Positions 9,106 to 21,899 of a stretch of DNA of 64,000 nt are shown one piece after another. Origin of the DNA: an uncultured Planctomycetota bacterium (GTDB lineage: Bacteria > Planctomycetota > Planctomycetia > Isosphaerales > Isosphaeraceae); assembly GCA_963823665.1 (NCBI GenBank), contig CAWGMQ010000008.1, positions 480,001 through 544,000 of the forward strand, given 5' to 3'. A program made the position numbers and the translations under genes. The first letter of the stretch is position 1. Each line of letters opens with the position of its first letter. The notes below the pieces were generated by a model. That model had not been told where the DNA came from, did no database searches, and saw nothing but the letters and a program-made list of their open reading frames with translations.

Positions 9106-10941
9106 ATGAGTGATCAAGGTGCGGCTGTGGGCGGAACGGATAATGAGGTTCCTTCGCTCCCCATTGGCGGTCGACTCAACGCCGTCAAGCACGGGCTCAC
9201 GGCGAAGACTCCGGTTTTGCCGGGTGAGGACCCGGATGCTCTTCAGGCTCTGATCGATGGGTTCAAGGCGAATGCTCAGGCGAAGAACTTGATCGAAGAG
9301 AGCTTGCTCGAGATGGCGGCGAGGTGTTTCTGGCGGGCCGGGCGTGCTGAACGGCTCGAAGCGAATCGAGGGACCATCGACATCGTGCGGCGAGCGGAGA
9401 CTGATGCGGCTCGCGCGGCGCAGGAGGTCGCGGCGCTCGGGAGTCGCCTGTACTTTGACTGCCGCGGGCCGTGGCAACTGTGGCCCTGGCGAGACTATTA
9501 CTGCAATCCGCCACGGAAGTCGTCGGCGGGTGATGCCGAAGACCCAGATGGGCCGCGCAAGGTGGTTGATCAGCTTGAAGCGACCCGAGAGGGGGTGAAT
9601 TGGCTGCTGCGCGAGTGGTATGAGATCCGGAAACCGCTCGAGGCTGGAGGCGAGTGGCTGCCGTGCCAGAAATTCAAGGCCATCCGCTTGCTGGGAAAAC
9701 AGCCGCTCGATGCCATTCATGATGACGAGGTCGCCCTGGTATTCCTCGCAAACCACGCCATCGCGCCGGATTTCTTCTCCGCCTTCGACGAGCTCAGGTG
9801 CGAGATCGACGAAGATCGGCTCGAACTCCACATGGCTCAGCTCGAGCGAGAGGAGCGGAAAGCCATCACACCGGCGGATGAGGAGGGGGGACGCGCGGCA
9901 CTGCTGGCGATCGTGGATAAGGCCATCGAGCGGCTGTGGACGCTCGGAGCCGAGCGCGGGGAGGTCGCCGATTTCCTCGAACAGCTTCAAAGTCAAACAC
10001 CGAGCGACGCGGGGACGAAGGCGGTCGCTCCCGTTCAGCGGCATCTTGGAGATTGCAACCGGCTGATGCTAAGGAACATCGACGCGTTTCACCGGCTACG
10101 CCGGAATGAAGTCGAAGGGTGGGGAGAGGTCCGGCAAGAGCGAGAACAGAAGAAAGAGGAAGCACGACGCAAGCGAGCTAGGGGGCCTGATCCGCGGCTG
10201 ATTGTGGACGCGCGCGGGACTGTGCGTCAGGCCGAGGGCTACAGGTGGAGGCTTCAAGAAGGCCTGGCACGGTACGAAGCCGTGATTGGGCGGCAACCTT
10301 GCGAATTGGACGAGGGTTGGAGCGAGTCTCCGTGGAACGATGCGCGGACTGGGAAGGATCTCGACGGTACGCCGACGCAGGGAGGGGCCCTGTGCGTCGA
10401 GGAAGGCGTGCGGGCAGGGGTGACGGATGATGGCGCACGGGCGACTGCGGAGGTTGGGACGCAGGCGGGTTTTCAGGGTGAATCGGCGGGTGGGGGGGTG
10501 ATCGATTGCGTTCCCGTGCAGTTTGCGGGGAAAGGAGATGCGGCGAGTCTACAAAACGAAAATGACGGGTCGGGGGTGGAGGGAGATCGCGTGATTGGGC
10601 AGGGGGCAGATGATGATTTGAGTGTGCGGGGGTTGGAAGACCCGCGCCGGGCGGAGGAGACCTTCAGTCGGGGGGACAGCGGCGACCCTCCGGGTGCGCA
10701 AGACTCGCGACGATCAGAGATACGCAGGCACGGCAGGGTGACTGAGGACGGCGGATGGTCGACTCTGGTGGTTGGGGCGCGGGTTGATTTTCGAGGTGGA
10801 TCGGCGAGTGTGGGGCAGAACGATTGCGTTCCTGTGGAGCTTACTGGGAAAGCAGATTGGGCGAATCTACAAGACGAGATCGGGGCCTGGTTCAACGGAT
10901 GTGACGGTGAGGTTGCAATGCTGATGGACCCCGGCCCGTAG
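9106..10941 (+). CDS. Hypothetical protein, NAxKHG family (paralogue of 33327-36035)
   Basis: 611 aa; NAVKHGLTAKTPVLPGED, ALGSRLYF, LEAT, FKAIRLLGKQPLDA, LLAIVDKAIERL motifs match the second copy; low-complexity tail with an internal ~60-bp duplication (10503 vs 10821). Confidence 0.75.
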   Translation: MSDQGAAVGGTDNEVPSLPIGGRLNAVKHGLTAKTPVLPGEDPDALQALIDGFKANAQAKNLIEESLLEMAARCFWRAGRAERLEANRGTIDIVRRAETDAARAAQEVAALGSRLYFDCRGPWQLWPWRDYYCNPPRKSSAGDAEDPDGPRKVVDQLEATREGVNWLLREWYEIRKPLEAGGEWLPCQKFKAIRLLGKQPLDAIHDDEVALVFLANHAIAPDFFSAFDELRCEIDEDRLELHMAQLEREERKAITPADEEGGRAALLAIVDKAIERLWTLGAERGEVADFLEQLQSQTPSDAGTKAVAPVQRHLGDCNRLMLRNIDAFHRLRRNEVEGWGEVRQEREQKKEEARRKRARGPDPRLIVDARGTVRQAEGYRWRLQEGLARYEAVIGRQPCELDEGWSESPWNDARTGKDLDGTPTQGGALCVEEGVRAGVTDDGARATAEVGTQAGFQGESAGGGVIDCVPVQFAGKGDAASLQNENDGSGVEGDRVIGQGADDDLSVRGLEDPRRAEETFSRGDSGDPPGAQDSRRSEIRRHGRVTEDGGWSTLVVGARVDFRGGSASVGQNDCVPVELTGKADWANLQDEIGAWFNGCDGEVAMLMDPGP

Positions 10942-11214
10942 GGTGTGTGAAGCCCGCCTGGCGTTACAGTAGATGGGATCGTGGGTTGCACCCACCCAAC
11001 GAAGTGGGGTCGCCGTTTGAAACTGGCCGATGATCGGGGTATCCTGAAAGACGTTCGCTTCGGCCGCTCTGGTGCTGGCGGCATCGCAGCGGCGACCCAC
11101 CGACATGAAGCTTCGGCCCGCTATGGCCTGGCAGCCTTGGAATGGCTGCTCTCACCGACGCTCACCCGCTCAAGGATTGGCTCGGCCCGATTAGAGACCA
11201 CTGAGGTGCTGCCG

Positions 11215-13561
11215 ATGCGACGACTGGTACGTCTGGCCACGTGGTTTGTTTCCGGGGTGATTCTGCTCGTGCTCTCGCGACGGGCTGGGCTGGCGACACG
11301 GCCGGACGCGTGGATTTCAACCGGCAAATTCGGCCGATCCTCTCGGAGACGTGCTATCAGTGCCATGGGCCGGATCAGAACAAGCGCAAGGCGGAGCTGC
11401 GGCTCGATGCTCGGGACGGGCTGTTTCGATCGAAGGACGGGACGACGATCGTCGTCCCCGGGAAGCCGGAGGAAAGCGAGCTGCTGGCGCGGATTTCCTC
11501 AGAGGATACCGAGCTGCGGATGCCGCCGCCGAAACACGGAGCGGGGCTCAAGCCTACGCAAATTGAGCTGATCAAACGGTGGATTGCGGAAGGGGCCCAG
11601 TGGAAGGGGCACTGGGCGTATCTTCCACCCTCTCGACAGCGGGCACCGGAAGCCAAGCCGGGTGGGCGCGATCGTGGGGAAATCGATCGGTTCATTCGGG
11701 CGGAGGTTGCAGCGAACGGGCTTGAGCCGGCGCCCCTGGCGGACCGGCGAACGCTGATCCGGCGCCTCAGCTTCGACCTGGTTGGGCTGCCACCGGAGCC
11801 CGGGGACGTTGAACAGTTCGAGAAGGACAGGAGCGTCTACGCGTACGAACGGCTGGTCGACCGGCTGCTCGGGTCGCCTCATTTCGGTGAGCGGATGGCG
11901 ATCTTCTGGCTTGATCTGGTGCGATTCGCCGACACAACCGGGTACCACGGGGACAATCACGTTGATGTTTATCTGTTTCGCGACTATGTGATCCGCTCGT
12001 TCAACGCGAACAAGCCTTTTGACCGGTTCACGATCGAGCAGCTCGCGGGGGACCTGGTCGAGACTCCGACCGATGAGACGCGGATTGCCTCGGGGTACAA
12101 CCGATTGCTGCTTACCACGCAAGAAGGGGGAGCGCAGGCGAAGGAATACATGGCCAAGTATTCAGCGGACCGGGTGCGGAATGTCTCGGCGGTGTGGCTG
12201 GGCAGCACGATGGGCTGCTGCGAGTGCCACGACCACAAGTACGACCCGTTCAAAACCCGCGAATTTTACAGCATGGCGGCATTCTTCGCGGACATCAAGG
12301 AGACCGTGATCGGGGTGCAAGAGCCGACCGAGTTCCCGAATGCCGAACAAGCGCGCGAGAAGAAACGTCTGAGTGAGGAGATCGCGCCGCTCAAGGCGAT
12401 CAAGAAGCCGTCGGAAGCAGAGAAGAGCAAGCTGGCGGAGCTGGAGAAGCAGCTTGGAGAGGTTCAGAAGCGAATTCCGACGACATTGGTCGCGAGCAGC
12501 GCCGTGCCGAGGGTCATGCGGGTGCTGCCGCGTGGGAACTGGCTGAACGAGACGGGCGAGGTGGTGCAGCCGGGCGTTCCGGCGGCACTTCCCGGCCTGG
12601 CTGCGAAGAAGGATCGCGCGACGCGACTGGACCTGGCCCGGTGGCTGGTTTCGGGACAGAACCCGTTGCCGGCGAGGGTGATGGTGAACCGGCTGTGGAG
12701 GCTCTTTTTCGGGCAAGGGCTGGTGACGACGATGGATGATTTCGGGTCGCAGGGGGCGACACCGAGCCATCCGGAGCTGCTGGACTGGCTGGCGAACGAG
12801 TTCACCGAGAGCGGCTGGGACGTCAAGGGGATGATCCGGAAGATGGTGACGTCGGAGGCGTATCGCCAGAGCTCGAACGTTTCCGAAGAGAAGCGGCTGC
12901 GCGACCCTGGGAACCGCTGGCTGGCGCGGCAGAGCCGGTTCCGGCTGGACGCGGAGCTGGTGCGTGACAACGCGCTTGCGCTTTCGGGACTGCTGTGCGA
13001 GAGGATCGGCGGGCCGAGCGTGAAGCCATATCAGCCGCCCGGCTACTGGATCTTTCTGAATTTCCCCAAGCGCGACTGGGAGGCGGACAGAGGGCCGGAC
13101 CGGTACCGGCGGGGGATGTACACGTACTGGCAGCGGATGTTCTTGCATCCGAGTCTACTGGCATTCGACGCGTCGACTCGGGAGGAGTGCGTGGTGGAAC
13201 GTCCGCGGTCAAACACGCCTTTGCAGGCGCTTGTGCTGCTCAACGATCCTTCGTATGTCGAAGCGGCCAGGGCGTTTGCGGTGCGGATGATTCGCGAAGG
13301 GGGAACGGACGCGAAGTCGCGGATCGAGCGAGGATTTCAACTGGCGCTTTCGCGGCGCCGGGCGCTCGCGAAATGCCGGTGCTGGTCGCGCTCTTCGAGC
13401 ACCATTACGACCAGTACCGGGCCGATCCGACGGCGGCGGCGGCATTCCTGGCCGCCGGGCTTGCGCCTGCTCCGCTGGATATCGATCCGGTCGAGATGGC
13501 AGCGTGGACGTCGGTCGCGCGCGTGCTGCTCAATCTGCAAGAGACCCTGTCACGGAGCTGA
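11215..13561 (+). CDS. Planctomycete cytochrome c + DUF1549 (PSCyt2) + DUF1553 (PSD1) protein; apparent frameshifts near 11278 and 13358
   Basis: VDFNRQIRPILSETCYQCHG (CxxCH), LIRRLSFDLVGLPP, WLDLVRFADT, CCECHDHKYDP, RVMVNRLW, PSHPELLDWLA, TPLQAL; C-terminal AAWTSVARVLLNLQE lies in another frame. Confidence 0.9.
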
Positions 13562-15025
<1,464 letters not shown>

Positions 15026-15057
15026 GGAGCCGATAGGAGGTCGGCGTCGGCAGCGGA

Positions 15058-15127
15058 TCCTCCGTGGCGCTTCGGGTTCGTTTCAGACAGCGCAAGCAAG
15101 TCCTCGCTGGCGCTTCGGGTTGGTGTG
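15058..15127. repeat. Tandem REP-like units (CCTCGCTGGCGCTTCGGGTT)
   Basis: Two copies, tcctccgtggcgcttcgggttcg and tcctcgctggcgcttcgggttgg, just after the DUF1501 stop. Confidence 0.7.
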
Positions 15128-15163
15128 GGAAGCGATGCGACGGCGGGATAGGTAGAAAGAAAA

Positions 15164-15200
15164 TGAGCCTGTTCCGGGCGTGAGGCCGAAAACAGGCTCA
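15164..15200. repeat. Perfect 10-bp inverted repeat TGAGCCTGTT...AACAGGCTCA (hairpin or miniature element end)
   Basis: Arms at 15164-15173 and 15191-15200. Confidence 0.55.
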
Positions 15201-15914
15201 GTTTGGACGTGTGTTCGTATTTGGCTGCCGGTTATCTTTCTGCCGAGGCGAAGAGTCGACGGCGGCCAGGCGAGTGACGACAATCAGGACCGCTCGCCGC
15301 CGGTCCGATCTGTGTTTCGTGATCCGCGGCTCGAATTCACATAAGCCGCGGTCAGCATTCCGAGAAGTGCCGCACGACGGCCGGAACGGCTCGAATGGGC
15401 ACCGCGCCGCACACGGGCGACAGCTCCGGCCCATTCAAACCCAGCATGCAAAGGTGCGTTTTTCTTAGGTTTCGGTTCGTTCATCTAACAAGACCCCCCA
15501 GAGTAGAAACGCGACCTAAACAACAGGTCCACGCTCCACCATTCCATTGGGCCGAGAGGAACCCGAATTCCACCCGGCGCAGCCATCCTGGCATCACCCA
15601 CCATCCGATCCGCCGGAAGACAAACTGTGCATTCCGCAGATCGGGTCGCGAGGAAACCTGGCCAAGTAAAGACCAGTCTCGCGATTGCACGCCCAAGTCA
15701 GCGATTAGAACAATCGCTAGAAGCCGTTTAACGATCGCCAAACCAAGTCTCTATGTCATCGGATAACTCGTTATTCAACTTTGATCCGCGACAATTTGGC
15801 GACTCAGGCATCACGACGAAATTCGAAGGGACCGCGTCCACGATGCAGTTTGGATCAGACCCACCGATATTCAGGCACGACCATGAGAACTTTAGCAGGC
15901 CAGCCGCGCAGAGT

Positions 15915-17360
15915 CTACAAAAATCGCCTTGTGGTTTCTCGTTTTCCGCAGTGAATGCACGCACAGTCGCGAGCGTTGGAATTTTCGGAAACTGCGGCGG
16001 TTTTTTTGATCTTTGGAAGCTCGGGATGCTGGGCAGACTGCGGCACGAGCAGGGAGCTCAAGAGGAGGAAAGTGCTGAGTCCATTGAATGCGGCGTGCAT
16101 GCAAATGGCCGCGATCAGGCTACCGGTTCGTTCGTACACGAATCCGATCGCTGCGGCGAGGAGGAAGAGTGCGATGGGCGCAGGCCACTGGTCGAAGTGA
16201 AGGGCGGCAAAGACGAGGGAAGTGAGGCTCACGCCCACAAAGGCGGCGGCGCGCCGTTGGAGGCGAGAATTCGACGGTGACGGCTCGTTGGGCTGCGGGG
16301 AGAGGTGGACCGATGCCGCCATGTCTGGCGGGAGTTTTGGCGGCTCAGAGCTCGCGTCGATCGTTTCGGGTGGCGGGGCGTGTGTCGCGGCCGAGGGAGC
16401 AAGGTTCTCGGGCGAGTGGGGCTCGGGCCCGGAGGAACGAGGTTGAGACGGGCTGACGGGCGAGTTTGGGGTGACGCCTGCGGATTTCGACGAGCTCATG
16501 CCGTTCAAGGCCGATGCGGCCCGGTCGACGAGCCAGCTCTGGATCACGCCTCGGAATATCAATTCCTCTGCGATCGGTGCGACGACGACCGCCAGGAGGA
16601 TTGCCAGTTGCGGCACACCCGGAGAAAACTCGTCGGTGACCATCTTGAGCAGAGGATGTTGGCGGCTCTCCCAGATTCTCGTCATGGCGGCCTGGGTTGC
16701 CATCAGTGCCGGCTGGATTGCGAGGAAGGCGATGAGGCCGACTCCGGCCTGGAGCCACCATCGGTTCAAGCTCAGCCCGAGATCGCGGAACGGCGAGCGG
16801 CTGGTGATTCTCAGTACGAGAGAGGCAAAGAAGAGCAGGCCAACGCTGCTGACGGCCTGGAGGGCCAGCAGCTCCGTGAGCGAGAGGTGCAGGCCGTTTG
16901 ATGGTGAAAGTTCGTCGGACGGCTCGGCGGGTTGCTCCTTCGGTTGCGTTTGGGCCGGGTTCGGTTTCTCGGCGGGCGGCGAATGAGCGGGCGCGATCTT
17001 CGACTCAGGCGACTTCGTTTCGGGCGCAGGGGGACGACCTTGCTGCGGCGGCTTTTCGGCGTGTGCAGTCACTCTGTGAACCGTGGGGCGCGAGCGATTG
17101 CGGAGCAGTCCATTCTGGATCGCGTAGGCAATGAAAACGCACTGGGGAAGAACGAGATTCAACACAAACAGCAGGAGAACGGTCCAGGCTCCCCACGGAA
17201 CCGACTGTCGGGGGACGAGCGGGGAAGGCGGGAGAACCGGGCGGCCGGTGACCAGCCGGTAGAGCACCCAACCGTCGACGGTGAGCATCGCCGCGACGAG
17301 ATAGATAAAGACGAGCCCCAGTACCGCCAGGAGAATCGCGTTCGCGTCGATCGGTTGCAT
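15915..17360 (-). CDS. CPBP (CAAX/Abi) family intramembrane metalloprotease
   Basis: Several hydrophobic helices; EELIFRG, FAALH and HAAFN motifs; two Pro-rich insertions. Confidence 0.9.
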   Translation of the reverse strand: MQPIDANAILLAVLGLVFIYLVAAMLTVDGWVLYRLVTGRPVLPPSPLVPRQSVPWGAWTVLLLFVLNLVLPQCVFIAYAIQNGLLRNRSRPTVHRVTAHAEKPPQQGRPPAPETKSPESKIAPAHSPPAEKPNPAQTQPKEQPAEPSDELSPSNGLHLSLTELLALQAVSSVGLLFFASLVLRITSRSPFRDLGLSLNRWWLQAGVGLIAFLAIQPALMATQAAMTRIWESRQHPLLKMVTDEFSPGVPQLAILLAVVVAPIAEELIFRGVIQSWLVDRAASALNGMSSSKSAGVTPNSPVSPSQPRSSGPEPHSPENLAPSAATHAPPPETIDASSEPPKLPPDMAASVHLSPQPNEPSPSNSRLQRRAAAFVGVSLTSLVFAALHFDQWPAPIALFLLAAAIGFVYERTGSLIAAICMHAAFNGLSTFLLLSSLLVPQSAQHPELPKIKKTAAVSENSNARDCACIHCGKRETTRRFL

Positions 17361-17461
17361 GTTTCTGCCGTGTTCCCGGGTGCGCAAGCTGCCAAGACGA
17401 GATGCTATCCTACTCGGACCGCGGGAAGTCGACCACCGACGTTGCAGATCGGGGGGGATCC

Positions 17462-18283
17462 ATGGACGATATCGTGACGCATTACAGCGAAGGGACAGAA
17501 TCAGAGCGGCTCACCGGCGGCATCGGTCTGCTGGAACGCGAGCGAATGCTCGAAGTCCTGCGCCGGTTTCTGCCCGAACCGCCGGCGACGATCTTCGACG
17601 TGGGTGGCGGACCTGGCGTGTATGCGTTTCCCCTCGCCGAGCGAGGGTATCGCGTTCACCTATTCGATCTGACGCCCTTGCACGTCGAGCAGGTAAGGCA
17701 ACGCATGCCGAATGCCGCTCGCCCCCTGGCGGAAGCTCGTCTGGGCGATGCCAGGAATCTCGACTGTGCCGGGGAGACAGCCGATGGGTACCTGCTGCTG
17801 GGCCCGCTGTATCATTTGACCGACCGGGACGACCGAATCACCGCGCTCGGCGAAGCGTACCGGATTCTCAAACCGGGTGGAACGGTCGTGGCCGCAGCCA
17901 TCACGCGGTTTGCCTCGTTGCTCGATGGTCTGGCGCGGGGCTTCGTCGATGACCCGCAGTTCCTCGATCTCCTCATGAATGACCTGTCTAGCGGCCAGCA
18001 TCGAAACCCGACGGGGAACCCGAATTATTTCACAACGGCCTATTTTCATCGGCCGGAGGAGCTCGAGGATGAGATGGCGGCGGCTGGATTTCGTGACGCG
18101 CGGATCATGGCGGTGCAGGGGCCGGGATGGTTGCGCAAGGACTTTGACCAATGCTGGGGGAACCTTCAGGAACGTGACACGATCTTGTCGTTGATCCGAG
18201 CGGTTGAAAGCGAGCGAAGCCTGATGGCGGTCAGTCCGCATGTCGTTGGGGTTGGGAGGAAGGAGGCGTCCCGCTGCGGGTGA
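17462..18283 (+). CDS. Class I SAM-dependent methyltransferase
   Basis: IFDVGGGPGVYA motif I, GDAR, LLGPLYHL, RILKPGG. Confidence 0.9.
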   Translation: MDDIVTHYSEGTESERLTGGIGLLERERMLEVLRRFLPEPPATIFDVGGGPGVYAFPLAERGYRVHLFDLTPLHVEQVRQRMPNAARPLAEARLGDARNLDCAGETADGYLLLGPLYHLTDRDDRITALGEAYRILKPGGTVVAAAITRFASLLDGLARGFVDDPQFLDLLMNDLSSGQHRNPTGNPNYFTTAYFHRPEELEDEMAAAGFRDARIMAVQGPGWLRKDFDQCWGNLQERDTILSLIRAVESERSLMAVSPHVVGVGRKEASRCG

Positions 18284-18306
18284 GCTTGGTGCATGGATGT
18301 CTTGGT

Positions 18307-18336
18307 TTGGCGTGGAGGCGTGTAAAACGGTATAAC
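18307..18336 (+). promoter_or_regulatory. Possible sigma70 promoter upstream of tyrS
   Basis: TTGGCG-18 nt-TATAAC, about 130 nt before the tyrS start; pattern match only. Confidence 0.3.
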
Positions 18337-18464
18337 AGCGGGGGACGTATGCTCGCGGAGTTGATCGGGATTTCTCGGCGGCTTTCGGTGATGCGATCCG
18401 TGTCGCTTCGGATTTAAGTTGGGGAGAATCGTCAGGCCAAAGCCTGACCTACGGGGTGTTTCGC

Positions 18465-19689
18465 ATGAGGGATGTGGGGGAGCAGCTCTCGATCTTGAAG
18501 CGTGGCGTCGAGGCTATTGTGCCCGAGGCCGAATTCGTCAGGAAGCTGGAACGCTCGGTCCGCGACAATCGGCCGTTGCGGGTGAAGTACGGAATCGACC
18601 CGACCGGCATCGACGTCCATCTCGGGCACACGGTTCCGCTGCGCAAGCTGCGCCAGTTTCAGGACCTGGGCCATACGGCGGTGATCATCATCGGCAACTA
18701 CACGGCGCTCGTCGGCGACCCTTCGGGCCGAGATGAAACGCGCGCCAAGCTCAGCGAGAGCCAGGTGGCGGCCAATGCCCGCGACTACCTCGTGCAGGTC
18801 GGGCGGCTGATCGACATGAGCCGGGCCGAGGTCCATCACAACGGCGACTGGTTTTCGCGATGGAGCTTCCTGGACGTGCTCGAGCTCACCCGAAAGATGA
18901 CCGTGGGCCAGATGACGGCTCGCGAGGATTTCGCCAAGCGGATCGCCGCGGAGAAGCCGGTTTATCTTCACGAATGTCTTTATCCTTGATGCAAGGATGG
19001 GATTCGGTGGAAATCCGGGCCGACGTCGAGCTGGGGGGGACCGAGCAGCTCTTCAGCTTGCTGGTTGCGCGCGACCTGCAACAGGGGCAGGGACAGGAGC
19101 CGCAGGTGGCCCTGACGATGCCGATCCTGGTGGGGACCGACGGGGTGCGGCGGATGGGAAAGAGCCTGGGGAATTATATCGGCGTGGGCGAATCGGCCGA
19201 GAATCAGTTCGGCAAGATCATGAGCGTGCCGGACGAGCCGATGAGGCAGTATTTCACGCTGCTGACCGAGGTTCCGTTCGACGGAGAGTCGACCGGCTGC
19301 TGGCGCAGGGGGTCAATCCCAGAGACGCGAAGGAAGCTCTGGGCAAGGCCATCGTCGCGCAGTACCACGGGGACGCTGCGGCCGACCAGGCGGCGGAACA
19401 GTTTCGGCGGCGGGCCGCCGGGGAAGACCCGGACGAGATTCCCGAAGTCGCGATCGACGCGGGAAAGCTCGATGCGGAGGGGCGGTTGCCGGCCTTCATT
19501 CTGGTCAAGGAGCTGGGGCTGGAGGCGAGCACGTCGAATGCTCGGCGGGTGATCGAGCAGGGGGGGGTGAGCATCAGTCTCGATTCGAGGCGCGAGCCGG
19601 TGACTGACCCCAAGCTTTTGGTCTTCGTTCGTAACGGCTTGATCGTGCGCGTCGGCAAGCGCAAGATCGCGTGCGTCCGTCTGGTGTGA
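18465..19689 (+). CDS. tyrS: Tyrosine--tRNA ligase; apparent frameshifts near 18985 and 19280 (likely sequencing errors)
   Basis: [12 protein letters not shown] (HIGH), [21 protein letters not shown] (KMSKS), C-terminal S4-like [14 protein letters not shown]...RVGKRK, spread over three frames. Confidence 0.92.
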
Positions 19690-19731
19690 TCGGTTGACCG
19701 ACTGCGAGCTGATCAACTTCGTGGAACGACG

Positions 19732-20797
19732 ATGAAACAGCACGGCTTTGGCATTGTTGGCTGTGGAATGATCGCGGAGTTTCATACGCGTGCGATCAAC
19801 GAGATCGCGAACGCGCGGGTGGTCGGGGCAAGGAGCCGCAACCCGGCCAACGGCGCCAAGATCGCCGGTCTGGCGGAAGGCGGGTGCGAGGTTTTTGGTG
19901 ATCTGGATGGGCTGCTGGCGGCAGCCCGGGCTTGATGTCGTTTGCATCTGTACGCCCAGCGGTGCCCATATGGAGCCGGCTGTGCGTGCGGCCGCGGCAG
20001 GCAAGCACGTGGTTGTCGAGAAGCCGCTCGAGATCACGCTGGCGCGATGCGACGCCATCATCGACGCCTGCGATCGAGCCGGCGTGCGGCTCTGCACGAT
20101 TTTTCCGTCGCGGTTCACGGCGGCCAACCGGCGGCTGAAAGAGGCGATCTGCGCTGGGGCGATTCGGGCGAATCACGCTGGGCGACACGCACGTGAAATG
20201 GTGGCGAAGCCAGGAGTATTACGACTCCGGCGGCTGGCGCGGAACGTGGCAGCTCGACGGCGGCGGCGCGCTCATGAACCAGGCCATTCACAACGTCGAT
20301 CTGCTGTACTGGCTGATGGGCGATGTCGAGTCGATCACCGCGCATGACCGCGACGCTGGCGCACGCTCGGATCGAGGTGGAGGACACGGCGGTCGCCTCG
20401 GTGCGTTTCAAGAACGGTGCGCTCGGGCGTGATCGAGGCGGCGACTAGTGCTTATCCGGGTTTGCTCAAGCGCACGGAGATCCACGGCGACCGCGGGTCG
20501 GCCCGGGTCGAACAGGACGATATCACGCTCTGGGAGTTCCAGGAAAAAGTGCCGAGCGACAATGAGGTCTTTGCGGCGATGGCCGCCGGGTCCGGCTTCA
20601 AGGCCGGCGCGAGTGATCCGCGGGGGATCACCCACATCGGCCATCGCGACCAGCTCATCGACTTTCTCGAGGCGATCGACGCGGGTCGCGACCCGGCCGT
20701 CGACGGCCGGGAAGGGCGAAAATCGGTGGAGATCATCCGGGCGATCTATCGCTCGGGGGGCTCCGGGCAGGTGGTCACATTGCCGCTTGCCGAGTGA
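19732..20797 (+). CDS. Gfo/Idh/MocA-family oxidoreductase; several apparent frameshifts
   Basis: [61 protein letters not shown] distributed over frames. Confidence 0.88.
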
Positions 20798-20817
20798 CAT
20801 GACAAGGGCGCAGCGAA

Positions 20818-21786
20818 ATGGCGAGGCTCAAGGTTCGACGCCCCTGGCTTGATTATCTTGTGTATCTCGTCGTACGCACTCTCGTGGCCTTTGCCCAGAT
20901 GCTCTCGATCGAGCAATCGTATGAGCTGGCCAGATTCCTGGGCTCTCTGCTCTACCACGCTGACAAGCGGCACAGGCAGGTCGGCCTGGACAATTTGAAG
21001 CATGCCTACGGCGATGCGATGTCGGAACAGGAGCGCGACCAGGTTGTGCGCGGCGTTTATCGTCACTTTTGCACGATGCTCATGGAGATTGTTCATCTTC
21101 CGAGGAAGCTGCACTGGACCAACTGGCGTGACCTGTTCGTGCTCGAAGGGCACGGACCGCTCCTGGACATGTTCATGAGCGGGAATCGACCGCTGATCTT
21201 CTTGACCGGACATTACGGAAACTGGGAGATGGCGGGATATGTGTTCGGCATGTTCGGGTTCCCGACCGTTGCGGTGGCGCGCACGCTCGACAACCCCTAT
21301 CTCGAGCGATTCCTCCGGTCGTTCCGCGAGCGGACCGGCCAGGAGCTGATTCCCAAGACGGGTGGATATGACAGAATGGTCGAGGTGTTGCAGAACAATC
21401 GTGCGCTGTCGTTCCTGGCCGATCAGGACGCGGGGCAAAGGGGACTCTACGTCGACTTCTTCGGTCGACCTGCGTCGACGCACAAGGCGATCGCGCTCCT
21501 GGCGATCGAGCATCAAGCGCCGGTGATCGTCGGCGTGGCGCGGCGGATCGGGCCCGGGTTCCGATACGAGTTTTTCTGCGCGGATGTGATCGATCCTGCG
21601 GAACTCGAGGAGGAGCGCGGATGACGTGCGGGTGCTTACTCAGCGTTACACAACGGCGCTGGAGCGGTTGATTCGACAGGACCCGACGCAATACCTGTGG
21701 CTGCACCGGCGGTGGAAGCATCAACCGCAGGCCTCGCGCAAGAAGGCAGCGGCCGGGGAACTCACCGCGCCTGACCAGGGCTTGTG
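20818..21786 (+). CDS. Lipid A biosynthesis (LpxL/HtrB-like) acyltransferase; apparent frameshift near 21615
   Basis: GHYGNWE (HxxxxE), LADQ, FFGRPA; C-terminal PTQYLWLHRRWK in the shifted frame, ending TGA 21786. Confidence 0.88.
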
Positions 21787-21899
21787 ATTGCGGCCGACGC
21801 ACTCGACCCCCCCCCTGGCCCCCCCTGCAAATGGCGGGGAAAGTTGGCGGCCCCCCATCAATGGGGGGGAAAGTTGGGGCAACATTCGCGGCGGGAGGT

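Noticed and set aside
15205..15900. Small CDSs in the DUF1501-CPBP intergenic region
   Set aside because: Short ORFs with atypical composition and no motifs; cannot be supported.
18465..20797. Programmed frameshifting or pseudogenes in tyrS and the oxidoreductase
   Set aside because: Breaks are numerous, lack a common slippery motif and hit an essential gene; sequencing indels are more parsimonious.
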